Source: Paraphysomonas bandaiensis
Taxonomy: Eukaryota > Protista > Chrysophyceae
Assembly (NCBI GenBank): GCA_965644295.1
Contig: CBFFRP010000292.1
Location: 1-64,000, forward strand
Reading direction: 5' to 3'
Length of the DNA stretch: 64,000 nt
Shown here: positions 1 through 12,002 of the stretch, in pieces
Layout: each line of letters begins with the position of its first letter
Position numbering within the stretch: position 1 is the first letter of the stretch
Translations under genes and position numbers: made by a program
Notes under the pieces: generated by a model
Told to the model about the DNA's origin: nothing
What the model saw: the letters and a program-made list of their open reading frames with translations, nothing else
The model's database searches: none

Positions 1-2
1 CA

Positions 3-1883
3 GAAGTTGCGAAGATAATTCGATGGAGAATTTATTTGCAGGATTTTGACTTTTTGATTCGTCATATCCCAGGGAAGAACAATGTGGTTGCGGATTGCTT
101 GTCAAGATTGCTGTATTTGTCCGGATTTGTGGACGAAAGTGACGATTTCGACTCAGATGAAGTGAACTTCGTGACACTGCATAACATCTTTGAAAAAGAC
201 GATTTTGAGGACGAAGTGCAGGAGATCGCGCCACCTACGGAGGAGCAGAGGATAGATTATCATCAGGCTATCAAGGAGGTTCACAACGCGCAAGTAGGAC
301 ACTGGGGTGCGAAAGAGACGTGGAAGCGTCTGTGTAAGCAATTTCCGGGACACGGCGTGCCTTTCAAGGTGGTTGCAGACTTCGTGGACGAATGTATCAA
401 CTGTCAGAAGAATAGGCGAGAGCTGAAGCAGCGATTGATTCCTATCACTAGACATTTAAAACCGCCTCATTCCAGGAGTGCTTTGGGAATTGACGCGGTT
501 GCTATTACACCTGTTTCTAAATCTGGTTACACGCATATTGTGGTCATGGTTAATTTGTTTACGAAATTGGTGTACCTATATGCGGTGAAAGGAATGACAG
601 CTATCAATTTAGCTACAGCAGTGTGGAAGTGCTGGTGTACATACGGGCTCACGGATATGATTATATCAGATATGGGTCCTGATCTCAAATCAGAACTTTT
701 CGCAGAACTGGTTAAGTTGTCAGGACTTCGTCATGTTTTTAGTATTGCCAACAGGCATGTCAATGGATGTGAGCGTATTATTAAGGAAGTGGTTCGTCAC
801 ATCCGTGCTATTTGTTTTGACAAGCGAATCGAGGCTGATGCTGTTTTGGAGGACGAACTGTTACTTGCCACTATCATGTTCATTCTGAATACCCACGAGA
901 GTAGTGAGACGGGGTATTCTGCGTTCGAACTGACGTTTGGGTCCCAGGATTCTATCTATAAGAATCTTTTGGCTGCCCAGGGGAGAGACAATGATCCGTC
1001 TCATCAGCTGTTGAAAAGGCTGAACGATTACTTAGCTCTAGTTCGCCAGATATCAGCAGATTACCAGAAGTCTCTAGTTGAGAAACGAGCTGAAGCGGGT
1101 TTGGATCCTGCCAAACAAAACCAGTATTGTCCAGGCGATTTTGTTATGTTCGACGCTGGTGCTAAACCACATCCGAAATTATCCTCGAGGATGAAGGGTC
1201 CTTTCGAAGTGGTACGGCAATACAAGAATGATGTTCAAATTCGAAACCTTCTTACCGGGGGAATTCGGGAATACTCTGTCTCTGATCTTGAGCCATTTTT
1301 CGGAGATAAGGAATCGGCTATTGAAGCGGCGATGCGAGACCATGAACAATTTAAGGTGGAGGAGATTCTTTCATATACGGGAGATTCACGAACCAAATCT
1401 ACGATGGTCTTCAAGGTGAAGTATGCGGACGGCGATATCTTGGACATTCCATGGACACCGGATATTCAGTGTGAGGCATATTACGATTTTTGTGAGTCTA
1501 GGCCTTACTTGCGGCACCTCGCATACGACTCGTTTACTGCGAAGCGTTTTATCTCTTCAATGAGGAAAGAGAATATCACAACAGTGTCGGTTGGAGATAC
1601 TGTTTATGTTGATCTCAGGTTCTACGGTGACCTGTGGTACGAGAGTCTTGGTTTACCGGATTATGCCACGGCCGCGTATGTCATGGAATTCACGTACACC
1701 CATTGGTATCACAAGAATTCCAAACGCAAGATTAGCGCCCGTTTTAATCTCAACGGTTCCAACTATGCCTTCGACAACTATTTGGTCTATTGTTGGGGGT
1801 CCCAGAAGGATTTTGACCCTGCTCGCATGATTTTGGTTGATGCGTCGCTCGCTGCGGCTTATCCCAAAATTATTCAGGAGTAG
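3..1883 (+). CDS. pol: Ty3/Gypsy LTR retrotransposon pol, 3' part: RNase H tail, HHCC zinc finger, integrase core, GPF motif, chromo-like domain and C-terminal extension; 5'-truncated by the window edge
   Basis: Frame is open from nt 3 (EVAKIIRWRIYLQDFDF..HIPGKNNVVADCLSR, the RNase H end). It contains HNAQVGH..CINC (HHCC), GIDAV / ISDMG / GCER catalytic residues, MKGPFEV, and FKVEEILSYTG..FKVKYADGD (chromo-like). Confidence 0.93.
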   Translation, partial: EVAKIIRWRIYLQDFDFLIRHIPGKNNVVADCLSRLLYLSGFVDESDDFDSDEVNFVTLHNIFEKDDFEDEVQEIAPPTEEQRIDYHQAIKEVHNAQVGHWGAKETWKRLCKQFPGHGVPFKVVADFVDECINCQKNRRELKQRLIPITRHLKPPHSRSALGIDAVAITPVSKSGYTHIVVMVNLFTKLVYLYAVKGMTAINLATAVWKCWCTYGLTDMIISDMGPDLKSELFAELVKLSGLRHVFSIANRHVNGCERIIKEVVRHIRAICFDKRIEADAVLEDELLLATIMFILNTHESSETGYSAFELTFGSQDSIYKNLLAAQGRDNDPSHQLLKRLNDYLALVRQISADYQKSLVEKRAEAGLDPAKQNQYCPGDFVMFDAGAKPHPKLSSRMKGPFEVVRQYKNDVQIRNLLTGGIREYSVSDLEPFFGDKESAIEAAMRDHEQFKVEEILSYTGDSRTKSTMVFKVKYADGDILDIPWTPDIQCEAYYDFCESRPYLRHLAYDSFTAKRFISSMRKENITTVSVGDTVYVDLRFYGDLWYESLGLPDYATAAYVMEFTYTHWYHKNSKRKISARFNLNGSNYAFDNYLVYCWGSQKDFDPARMILVDASLAAAYPKIIQE

Positions 1884-1894
1884 CTACGGCATCC

Positions 1895-1910
1895 GGGGGG
1901 GGAGAAAGGG
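1895..1910 (+). other. Polypurine tract of the Gypsy element
   Basis: GGGGGGGGAGAAAGGG lies just after the pol stop and 3 nt before TGTAAAG. Confidence 0.85.
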
Positions 1911-1913
1911 TAA

Positions 1914-2130
1914 TGTAAAGCCGTGGGCTTTTATAACGCCCTTGGTAGTTTTATATGATGATATATATTGGTATAATAGGCGGTTATAGTATATGGAGAA
2001 GGAATGAACAAGTTTTATAAGTAGTTGATAGATTGAATTATTAGAGTGATCTAAAGGGAACGAAACAAGACTTACTAACCATCATGGACACGACTTCTGT
2101 ATTTCCTACGAGCTTTTCGAGGGTCTCACA
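1914..2130 (+). mobile_element. Putative 3' LTR (~217 bp)
   Basis: Starts TGTAA immediately after the PPT; candidate end ...TCTCACA at 2130 (TG...CA). The right boundary cannot be confirmed because the 5' LTR is outside the window. Confidence 0.6.
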
Positions 2131-3439
2131 CAAACTAAAAACCCTGAATGTCGTAAACTGAAAAGGTAAGTCCCAAATACAGTGAATATACCCTGTATAT
2201 GACAACCTCTATATGCTTATGCATATCATATATATACCATATACTGCTCCAGATATATACGATATATACACACTATATACAGCACAGTATTCTATATACA
2301 AATACACGCAGTGTATACTGCTGCGTGACACGTCTGTTCATGTGGCAGTTCAGATATTTGCTCGGTGCATATATATGGCAGTTCAGATATTTGCTCAGTG
2401 CATATGACGGTTCACTGTCGGGGCGGATGAACAAACAATTAACTGTCATATGAACTGCCATCATTTCACTAGTGATTCATGGCAAAATATGGCAATATTA
2501 TTAGAGATCTGTTATATATGTCTTCCCACATGTCTACTGTTTAGTCTTGGTTTCTCCTGACCCAGGTCATTGAGATTATAACAAGGCTCTGGCACTGTCC
2601 TTCAAGCAGTGTCTCAAGTACATTATTTGTGGTGCTTTTATTCTATCTATTTTTCTTTCTCTTTGTAGAGGTTTTCATCCGAGCGGGGATGATGATGCAC
2701 GGTTTTCTACTACTAAGGTTAGGGTTAGGAGAAGAGTGCAAGAAGGTGAACGCATGTGCTGGACGAGGGCACAAAAAATGACATAATATATAATATATAT
2801 ATGGAGTCAGTTTGAATTTGTAACAGATTTTGGTATATAGACGTCTGTTGCATGCGTAAATGAGCAAAATTGCATCGAGACCGCGTCGTGACCGTGTGGG
2901 AGGACCCGCTCTCCCCTCCAGACTACCTGCTGCTGTGAGCACCACCTTGAAGAGGGCCCTAAATATCTGCCGCATTTATATACAAGAGGCATACTATTAA
3001 AATCAAAATATAAAATACCCACTATAAATCGAAATTGCACTAAAAATTTGTTTGCATTTAAAATTGTATGTCTCAGAAAATGTTTGTAGCAGTATATTAT
3101 AATAAGTGTGCATTTAATATATTTTTATAATACAATCAATGTTACATAGATTAATAATAAAAGTTTGTATATAACTAAGGTGAATTACTTTGAATTGACC
3201 TGAATAAACAAACCATGGTTTAAAACAGTTTCGGTATGCGAGAGCACAGGTTGAATTGTCAGCACACTTTTCTCTACTAAAAGCCTCTACAAGTTCAATC
3301 TGACCCTCCAATGTGAACTCTCCTTCTTTAGCACTTGCAATCATCTTACACTCTTCTCCGGAGTGGCTGGTTGTACGATTGTTCTAGTTGTCTCTCAACA
3401 AAGTCGAACACACACTTTTTCATAGTGTTCTGGGGGATA

Positions 3440-3852
3440 AGTACCGGAGATATTTCTCCGGGAAACTATAATGAGCCGCATTTGTAGCCAGCAGATAACG
3501 TTCTGCCCACTCATAACAAAGCGTTTGTGTGGTACAAGGGACAAGAGAAGCAAGTAACACAAATAAGTGTCACTAGTGTAAATTGTGCCTGCCTGAAGGG
3601 TAACCGGGGTACTGTGGACTGCCTGCTGAAGTCCAGCCCCGGGTATTCAACTTTTAAGGACTCAAAAGTCCTGAAGTTAGCAGCAGATGCCAGGTATATC
3701 AACATTCTTCTTGCTCACTGCTTTTGCTTGCGGTGCCGCACAAGCAGCTTTCCTAGCGTAAAATAGTAGGATATCAGAGTGAAGCACTAACTCTTAACGC
3801 CTATATTGCTAATAATAAGACATCCACTACTGCTAGCAATAGGCGTTTAAGA
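3440..3852 (-). repeat. Diverged copy of dispersed repeat family R1
   Basis: Reverse-complement matches to 38514-38700 and 39665-40310. Examples: ATATTTCTCCGGGAAACTA (3450-3468 vs 40033-40051) and GCACAAGCAGCTTTC-TAGCGT-AAATAGTAGGATA. Confidence 0.75.
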
Positions 3853-4653
3853 TTTAAGAGTCAGGTCAAATATCATACTCACAACGTTCGAGTCAGTTGA
3901 GTTGTTTAAAACACAATCGTGACTTGTTTCAGTATTTTCATATATATTATATTTAAAGCTCACAACAATGTACTGCACCGAAACTACAGCATCGAATTCA
4001 AGTTCGATGAGCAATACTTCTTAACACTATTGCTCCTATAAAATATCTATATATTGACTTGTTTAGATCGTGAAAGGAAAGTTATGTCGTTGGAGTAGAT
4101 GGATGATTATTATTGCATAGGCATTTATGCATCGTCATGTAAGACACATACATACATCAACGACATACTTTTATATGTCTTTCATGTCAACCTCTGATTA
4201 ACTTCCGTATCTTGAATCATCATGATGCTTCAGTTTCACAGTTATAGCTATATAGTAATTTTGACTACATAATATTACAGTTTTTCACATTGTATTTAAC
4301 GTATTCTACAGTTATAATAATATCTTAGATCTTAGGGAAACATACATCTTCCAACAATATATTGTTCCCTATCCCTGGCGTGCATACTCTAACCCAAACA
4401 GAAGTAATATATTCATGTTCATTTATGTCATTATAAAATATTACGCAGTCTGCCGTATCGTGCTGAGCGTATAGCCAACCATAAGCGATTGATAGCATCA
4501 TCTCTACCACTATACTAGCACAGGTATCTATTCACACAGTCTTTCTTGTCCGAATTCGCTTTCCTTCTCATTAACACACACTGAGATTACACAGAAACCA
4601 GTCTGATCAGTGAAATAAGTGCTAGAAGTTAAGTAAATCTGACCGCTAGTCAT

Positions 4654-5690
4654 CTACTTCCGTTTATTGGGTCTGTAGGTACCAATGACGACAGCGTGAT
4701 CTCTTTCATACGGTTCCAGTGTGAGTTGCTCCATGGGCTTGAGCTGATCAGCCTGAAGCTTCTGAACCTCTCTCGCAAAAACTTCCTCAGCGGGAGCAGT
4801 GGAGTCAATACAAGATGCCTTAATGGAAATGACGAAATGACCGCCGTTCTTGAGGAAATAATTCGCATTGAGGCCAACAATTCGAGCTTGATCAGGCTGT
4901 GCAACGTCTGCGAAGATAGTGTCCACCATACCCATGAGCATGCGGTATTTGAGTGGATGGCGTGCATCCTCAATGATAGGAATGACATTTGTGCGAGATT
5001 TGGACATGTTGATAAGGTCACGGCCTGGGCGATGAGCGAACTCTACAGCATACACAGAGCCAGTGGGGCCTACAATATCAGAAACGTGGGACACGGTGGT
5101 TCCGGCAGCAGCACCTATATATAGAACCTTTGCACCTGGTTAACAACTAATTAATGAAATATTTAATGTTTAATAAATGAAGTGACTGACCAGGACCCAT
5201 GTAAATGTTGTCGACACCACCCAAGATTGCAGCAGCCAATTTCGAGCGGAATGGGTTCCAAACTCTGTACTCTAGCTTCGTAACAACTCCATCGGCACCA
5301 GGAGGGCCATCAACTTGTATTCTTTTCTCCCCATATACGTCTTTGCCCGGGGTGGAGTTCAGGGTAACGAGGGCGTCTTCCTTTGACCGTGCAATAAACA
5401 CACCCTCGTGTCTGTGGGCCTCGATAACAACCTTAGCTCCACCCTTCATACCGCCACCACGACTATAGAGAACACCAGTGACATATTAATATAATTTAAT
5501 TGAACTGTACTCACCCTCCGCCGCGGCCACCACGACCACGACCGCCGCCACGGCCACCACCTCTTCCTCCACCACGCCCTCCACCTCTTCCTCCACCACG
5601 CCCTCCACCTCTTCCACCTCGACCACCATCACGGCCTCCTCTTCCTCTTCCACCATCACCTCGACCACCTCTTCCTCCACCGCGAAACAT
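4654..5690 (-). CDS. NOP1: Fibrillarin (rRNA 2'-O-methyltransferase); exons 5690-5515, 5462-5191, 5135-4654
   Basis: N-terminal GAR (RGG) domain, then [55 protein letters not shown]. Both GT-AG introns splice in frame. Confidence 0.97.
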
Positions 5691-7218
5691 TTTATATGCT
5701 AACTAGAATGAACAGACTGCAGTATGAATGTGGTGACGTTATGTTCCATTTCATTGCAGTGCATATATCCATATACATACAGGAGTACATCAAAAATCAA
5801 ATGGTGGCCATTGTTTTTCAGTTTAGGCGGTTCGACCGAGCCAATCATTGACACAACTCACAAATGTGAAAAAGACGATTTAAGATCACAATGTCCAGAA
5901 CGTACGTACTGAAAGTAACTGGGAGAATTTTATAGAATATTATATGAACGCTCTGATTCGATGACAGACTCGAAGTGCACGATCATCAACACCATCCTCT
6001 GCCTGGATATCTAGATATCTACAGCACATGTCTGGATATCGCTATTGCACACCTTGAATGATCTATCTTTTAAGACTGCCTGTTGTAGCTTCATCTGCTG
6101 CTGGTGTTAATTTAATCGTCATATGTTGACGTAAGCACAGCTCCTCCCGGGAGTGCACAGGCTGTGCAAGCCCTCACTCTTAACCGTCGACATGTTTTTC
6201 CAAGCAACATATACAGCACCAAGGTTACATACCGAATCTCTTAGTTCCATTAAAGCCGTTTCAGGTCATGTATAACATGTGCTCATTTTGTTAAAGAGTC
6301 TACTGCTTAAGCAGCACCCAGAGACTGACTTCTATTTAATCCACGAAGAGGGGATGAACGCCCCAGACGAAGCTGAATACAGAGCTAATACTAGTTTTCT
6401 TGTTACTGATATATACATGCTGAAAATAAGATTCCAAAGTAGTTTAATACTGCTAAAAGAGACAGTTATGATCTCACGAAGTAGATGTCGCCACAAGTTA
6501 GTACCGTAACTAATATTTTATCTTGAGTAGACCTATATATCAATTCACTTCATGATATTATTTGATTACGCGATATATATAATATAAACTGCAAAGATAT
6601 AAATAGTGAGATAAGCAGGGCGAGAGAACAATACACAACCTGTTGAAAAGCATTGCAACATTCTTGATGAGAAACTAGCTTATAGTACTATTGCAATATG
6701 TTGTTCCCTTTTGTGCTGAAACAGAGGAGTTTTCTAGAAGCTACATTATTAGACAGTAGAAAGCTATCACTAGTACTTGATGCTGCATAATTTCTACTTT
6801 ACAAGGCACTATAGAGTGTATACAATATAGGATTTCATTGATCGTGTATTATAGAGCTAAGAGTTCATTACAGTGTTAATATACAGTACTGTGTAGAGAT
6901 ATGGGAACAGGGAACCAAAAAAAGAACACACACACTGGATGACGTTAAATTCATGTTAAATACAAATATCTATATCTCCAATCAAAAAATAATTTTATTC
7001 CAGGACCAAAGTCTGCCACGAAGTATATTACGTATGATGGAAAATCATGATTACACACCAGGCACTTGTTTACTACACTTTAACCAGAAAATTACAAATT
7101 TCAAGTACAGAACATTTCCCTATAAACACCGCACTAAATACTCCCACTTATTTCAGATATCCCAACACTATTAAACTGCCCACCATTCCATACATGGAAA
7201 GTTGTTCACGCCAATAAG

Positions 7219-9135
7219 CTATGTTTTATCTTCACTGACATCCATTGCGCCTCCCTATCTCATGAATAATATTACAATAAAGGTAATTGTAAGGCGGAGT
7301 AGGTATTGTATGTATACCTGGTCTTCATCCTTCTCAATGTCGAGGTCACAGATTGATGCTGAAGGAACTTGTGTAGTACCGTCTTGCCCAGTATGAATTT
7401 GAGTTCCAGGCACTGCTTCTACATGAGACAGGATCTCGTACAGCTGCGAAGTTGAATATCAGAACACATAAGGTGTAAGTGCAGGGCACACCTGAATTCG
7501 TATATCTTCGATGTATTTCGGTGAGTTCAAGTTCTCCATGTTGCTAACGGGGAGATGCAATTTATAATCGGGAGCGAAATACTCGATGTAATCATTATAC
7601 GGCAGCGTATCCTGCAAATATGAAGTCACCCAATATTCCTGGGAAATATAGGGGCGATAAGCACCTTCAACGGGGTTTGCAAAATAATTGAGGTCTCATA
7701 GGTCCAGCACCGAGGCACATTGCGGAGGGTGTAACCCCCACCTCCCACAACAAGGGTGGGTACTCCAAACTGCATTACGTAGTCTACACAGTCACCATGT
7801 CCCTTGAGAGAGAGGTTGAAACAGCCCAGTCTGTCACCTGCAGTGAGCAGTAGTTAACAAGGGAAGTCTCAATGCATAGACTGGGAAAGAGGTATAGATA
7901 CTATATAACATTTAACTTGGTACTATACGTACCGGATAGACTATCTGCACCACATTGCAGAACAATGGCACCAGGTTGGAAAACCTCCATAACCTTCCCT
8001 ATTACCGGTCTGAACACAGATCTGCGCCCAAATTATACTACATTTTTTCGCAAGCACGTGCGGATATTGAATGTACCTGTAGCTCTCATCATCCATGCCG
8101 TCGTTAAGCGGGCAGTTGATTGCATAATTCTCCCCGGACGAATAACCCTACCCGCAAATATCATTGAAGTCAAACGTGTCAGTACACAACACACCTTGTC
8201 CTTGACATCACCAGTACCGGGAAAGTATTCACCAAACTTGTGAAAAGAAACGGTCATTACCCTATGCGATTTTATATTAATATTCATTCCAGTGTGGTGA
8301 CAGAAATTGGATAACTAAATCAACAATTCGGGGTATGGGCGCACCTATTGCTGGTGTAGAAGGCTTCCTCCACACCGTCCCCGTGATGTATGTCAATGTC
8401 AATATACAGCACCCGCTGATGATGCTTCAGCAATTCGAGAATGGCTAAGACGCAGTCATTGATGTAGCAGAACCCGCTTGCCTCACTTTTCTTGGCGTGG
8501 TGAAGCCCGCCCGACCAGTTTACTACTACGTCTGACATACCCTGATTCAGCCTTACAGCCCCCCCTGCTCGCAGTCGTAGGTTACATGAACTGCTAGTGG
8601 AAATGGTATGCACAGTAATAATACCAATAACACTCATACACATACATACAAAGCAATTGCAGTGATGTGTTTTTCATCACAGAAAGTACCTATCGAACCC
8701 GAGGTATAGAGCTGACAGAACTCAAACAGACCATCAAAAACAGGACAGTCTTCTCCAACATTGAACCTCTGCAGCTGACGCGCATATTCTCCCATATTAT
8801 CTGTGGGAGAATCATGGCGTTATTGCAAAGCAAACGACTAGATATTACCGGGAGTAATGATGCGAAGGAAGTTCACGTAATCGTCGGAATGGAAGCGAGT
8901 GAGTTGATCAGCTGTGATCAGCTTCGGGCGGTACACTTCCATCTTACGGTATAGTCCATAGTTGACCACAAGGTTATGTGTCATACGCACACGGTGCGGC
9001 TGCGTATAGAGTTGAGCTGCGTATGGAGCATGCAACAGCATTGAGATGCCCCACCTTCATCGGGTGCCCTTGCCCGTAGTGGTAGTTACCGATCTCCGAA
9101 TCATAAAAGTAAGATACTCGACGCTTTGTCGACAT
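7219..9135 (-). CDS. RPD3: Class I histone deacetylase (RPD3/HDAC1-like), multi-exon
   Basis: [99 protein letters not shown]. Putative last exon ends [11 protein letters not shown]. Confidence 0.95.
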
Positions 9136-9246
9136 TGCGATTAACACTATAACTTTACCTCGTAAGTATGATTTGTGCACAGAGACAGCGACAGTGAATC
9201 TCTCCAACACAATTCAACGACACGCACATACGGCATACGGAGCTAT

Positions 9247-9382
9247 CGCAGAGAAAAAACACGGTACTCGGTCGGAAGTCACGGATACTACTGATCAATA
9301 AACGGACGTTGCCTTTTTACACAGTCTACACTACAGGTAGTCAAAAGCAAGGTTTACTACAGAACTCGTTAGTAAGAGAAAA
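9247..9382 (+). repeat. Terminal repeat, near-identical to the left arm of the MITE at 45909
   Basis: CGCAGAGAAAAAACACGGTACTCGGTCGGAAGTCACGGATACTAC..CACAGTCTACACTACAGGTAG..CAGAACTCGTTAGTAAGAGAAAA is shared with 45909-46067, apart from two short deletions. Confidence 0.9.
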
Positions 9383-9386
9383 CCCC

Positions 9387-9541
9387 CCGATCTATGTAAA
9401 ACTAAAGGCAGGATTTTGTGTAATTAAGGGTGCGTTCGGTAGACCAAAAAAGTGCTGGATTTGCTCAAATTCGCTGGATTTCATCCATCCACAGGAATTT
9501 GGAAAACCCACCGATCTATGTAAAACTAAAGGCAGGATTTT
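9387..9541 (+). repeat. Two identical 31-bp subterminal direct repeats (9387-9417, 9511-9541)
   Basis: CCGATCTATGTAAAACTAAAGGCAGGATTTT occurs twice, each preceded by GAAAACCC. Confidence 0.9.
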
Positions 9542-9794
9542 TGGGAGTTGTGTAAAATAATTTACACGAGAAAAAATTATTCTCTATTGTAGTGTGTGTG
9601 AGTTTTTGGGTTTAGCGAAACTAGAAGAACTATGTAAAATGAATTACACAACCTAAACTAAAAAAATCGCCAGTTTTTGACTCCGAAAAGTGCCACAAAC
9701 GGTTTGTTTTTGTGCGATCTTGCAGCTATGATCTTGCTGTTACGATGTTCATAAGATATATACATACTTTGACATTGGTCATCAAGACAAAGTG

Positions 9795-11306
9795 ATGAAT
9801 CGAGCCGCATTAGAACACGTTATTCAGGGTCAGGCAGAACGAAATGTCATGAAAGCAACACAGTCCCACTACTTATCCAAATTGCGAGTTATGACAGGAC
9901 TGCTGAATGAAGCGGAGCCTGCAATTCGAAACGAAGCATTGGAAATTGTTGATGGGGATGTTAGAAAGCATACGGGTGACGCCAAGCATATATATGTCCT
10001 GAAACTTCCAATGTCTGCAGACACCGCAAAACTTTTGTTCGCATACATCTCAATCAACAGGCACCTAGCGAAATCAAGTCGGCGAAAGAAGAAGCGAAGT
10101 TCATTCGAGATCAATCAAGAGAATGCATGCACTACTAGCGCTCCTTCAACTGGCGATAGCATAATGAATGAAAGAGATCTTAATCCCGGACAAAATGTTG
10201 TTACTGTAAGTGCACAAACGTATCAAAATTATAAGAGTGCTCTGCGTTGGTGGCACGAATATGATAGTCCGAATATGAGTAAAGTTGGTCATGTTTGGCC
10301 AGTAGAGGTTGACAGAGCTATATGTGCGGCTATTGCTACATATAAGAGGGATATAGGGCTGAAGAAAAGAAACGGAATTATGAAAGTTCGAGACGGCAAA
10401 CTTCCCTATAACCTATACGGATACAAAACCATTTGTGCCCATTTCATGAGCAAGATTCCAACTGCCAGAAGCCAGTCTTGGCATGAAGGGTTATTTGCCT
10501 CCCTATTCACTAAGTTGTCAGTGAATACAATTGGTCGTTCCGATAATATTGACGACATCTTAACATGCAACATGGATTGGATAAACGATGCCCTAACTAT
10601 TGTTTTTGGTACTACTAAAGTGGACCAAACTGGCACCAAAACTACAGATATGAAACGTTTATACGCAAATCCATTTATGCCAGAAGTTTGTGTTATTCTA
10701 GACTTAGCTGTTTATGTGTGGTGTAAGCACTGTACAAGTACGGAAGATGCTGAATATGTATTTGATGGGGCTGACCAAGAGAAAAGATACTACAATCTAT
10801 TAGTTCAAGCAGTGGAAAAGGACATCGACTCCTCGTTGGATCTTGGTTGTGCTCGGGAAGATATCGGCACTCACAGTAACCGGAAATTTGCCGAGTCGAC
10901 ATCAGTTTCGAGGATTGATGGCCCTAGTAGAACGCAAGTTTGTCTTCGAGCAGGGCAAGGTGTAGGCAGAACACAGGACTGCTACATGTTCTCCGAAGAT
11001 GATGGTGATGCGCTAGTGGGGCGAACGGTAGCTCAACTAAAACTGAACGCTGACGAATTTGATGTACTTCCACCACATTGGTGCAATGCTGCTGTTATTC
11101 AGTTAAATGAGTATGGATGGGGCAACATCTTACCTAGCTATAACTACTACTGTGAGGGATTCCAAAGAATTATTAGAATGCTGTTTGCTAGTCTTGTTTA
11201 TCATCATCATGAAGGAAACATTAAACGGCTATACCATCCCCGACATCCAATTCACTGCCAGCCAATATTCACAGACCCTACACTCCTTCTAGAGATGCTT
11301 TCATGA
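9795..11306 (+). CDS. Tyrosine recombinase, CryptonS-like
   Basis: QNYKSALRWW; R (IGRSDN); K (TTKVDQTG); KRLYANPFMPEVC; HxxR (DIGTHSNRK); GPSRTQVCLRAGQ; Y (TQDCY); GDALVGRTVAQL. This matches the stramenopile Crypton YR pattern (GTHSxRKG..GPS..VCLRxGW..QDRY..GDQ.xGR). Confidence 0.85.
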   Translation: MNRAALEHVIQGQAERNVMKATQSHYLSKLRVMTGLLNEAEPAIRNEALEIVDGDVRKHTGDAKHIYVLKLPMSADTAKLLFAYISINRHLAKSSRRKKKRSSFEINQENACTTSAPSTGDSIMNERDLNPGQNVVTVSAQTYQNYKSALRWWHEYDSPNMSKVGHVWPVEVDRAICAAIATYKRDIGLKKRNGIMKVRDGKLPYNLYGYKTICAHFMSKIPTARSQSWHEGLFASLFTKLSVNTIGRSDNIDDILTCNMDWINDALTIVFGTTKVDQTGTKTTDMKRLYANPFMPEVCVILDLAVYVWCKHCTSTEDAEYVFDGADQEKRYYNLLVQAVEKDIDSSLDLGCAREDIGTHSNRKFAESTSVSRIDGPSRTQVCLRAGQGVGRTQDCYMFSEDDGDALVGRTVAQLKLNADEFDVLPPHWCNAAVIQLNEYGWGNILPSYNYYCEGFQRIIRMLFASLVYHHHEGNIKRLYHPRHPIHCQPIFTDPTLLLEMLS

Positions 11307-11617
11307 GACTACGCTCCGACTTTGCTAAGGAGAAGTTTGAGTTTCCTTCCTACAACGTATGGACAATGTGGGGTTTATGGTGGTTTGGCAATTCTCGCGA
11401 TGAGATTGGTCCCTTGCGGTATGTTCGACCTCTGCAACATTGCGTGGGGAAGAGTAGCAGCACAAACTGCAGTCGAACTTCCAAGGTAATGCGAACACTT
11501 GTTCGATTAGCAATGGAGAAAGGTATCATACGAGGTGATGGTGAAATTACTATGCAGAATAGTAGCTCAGTGTTTGATGCAACATACCCTATTTTGTTAG
11601 ACTTAATATATGCTTAG
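11303..11617 (+). pseudogene. Detached C-terminal domain of the Crypton protein
   Basis: FEFPSYNVWTMWGLWWFG..IGPLR resembles the C-terminal segment of oomycete Crypton proteins. It overlaps the YR stop by ATGA in another frame, suggesting a deletion or frameshift. Confidence 0.6.
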
Positions 11618-12002
11618 TCTGTAGCCTATTGGATTTTATATGCGAAATGGGATTTTAGTCATAAAAAAGCTACATAATGCTGTGAATGACATTAGCTCGA
11701 TTAATTTTTATTTTATACTTAAGTTTTATCTGTTTTATACATGTATTTTACGTTAGTTATGATATTATAATATTATTCAAACATTGGAAATTCAAAAAAA
11801 TAATATTCCAGTTCTTACCAACATACATCAAGGCATTCAATTAGGGTTAGATAATAACAAAATAGTATATAATATATATGTGTTGTTATAAACATAATAT
11901 ACATAAAGAATATTATATATATATATATACAGGACGTCTCTTATATACAATAATAACATCTCACTCGCTGCGTGCACTATACGGTATGCATAATGACATA
12001 GC

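Noticed and set aside
2343-2460. Two 30-bp direct repeats with a partial inverted copy
   Set aside because: Real but tiny; no TSD or family evidence in the window.
2717-2729. GGTTAGGGTTAGG telomere-like sequence
   Set aside because: Only two units, which is too short to call.
4100-4200. Possible box C/D snoRNA downstream of fibrillarin
   Set aside because: Imperfect C box, and no terminal stem or recognisable guide.
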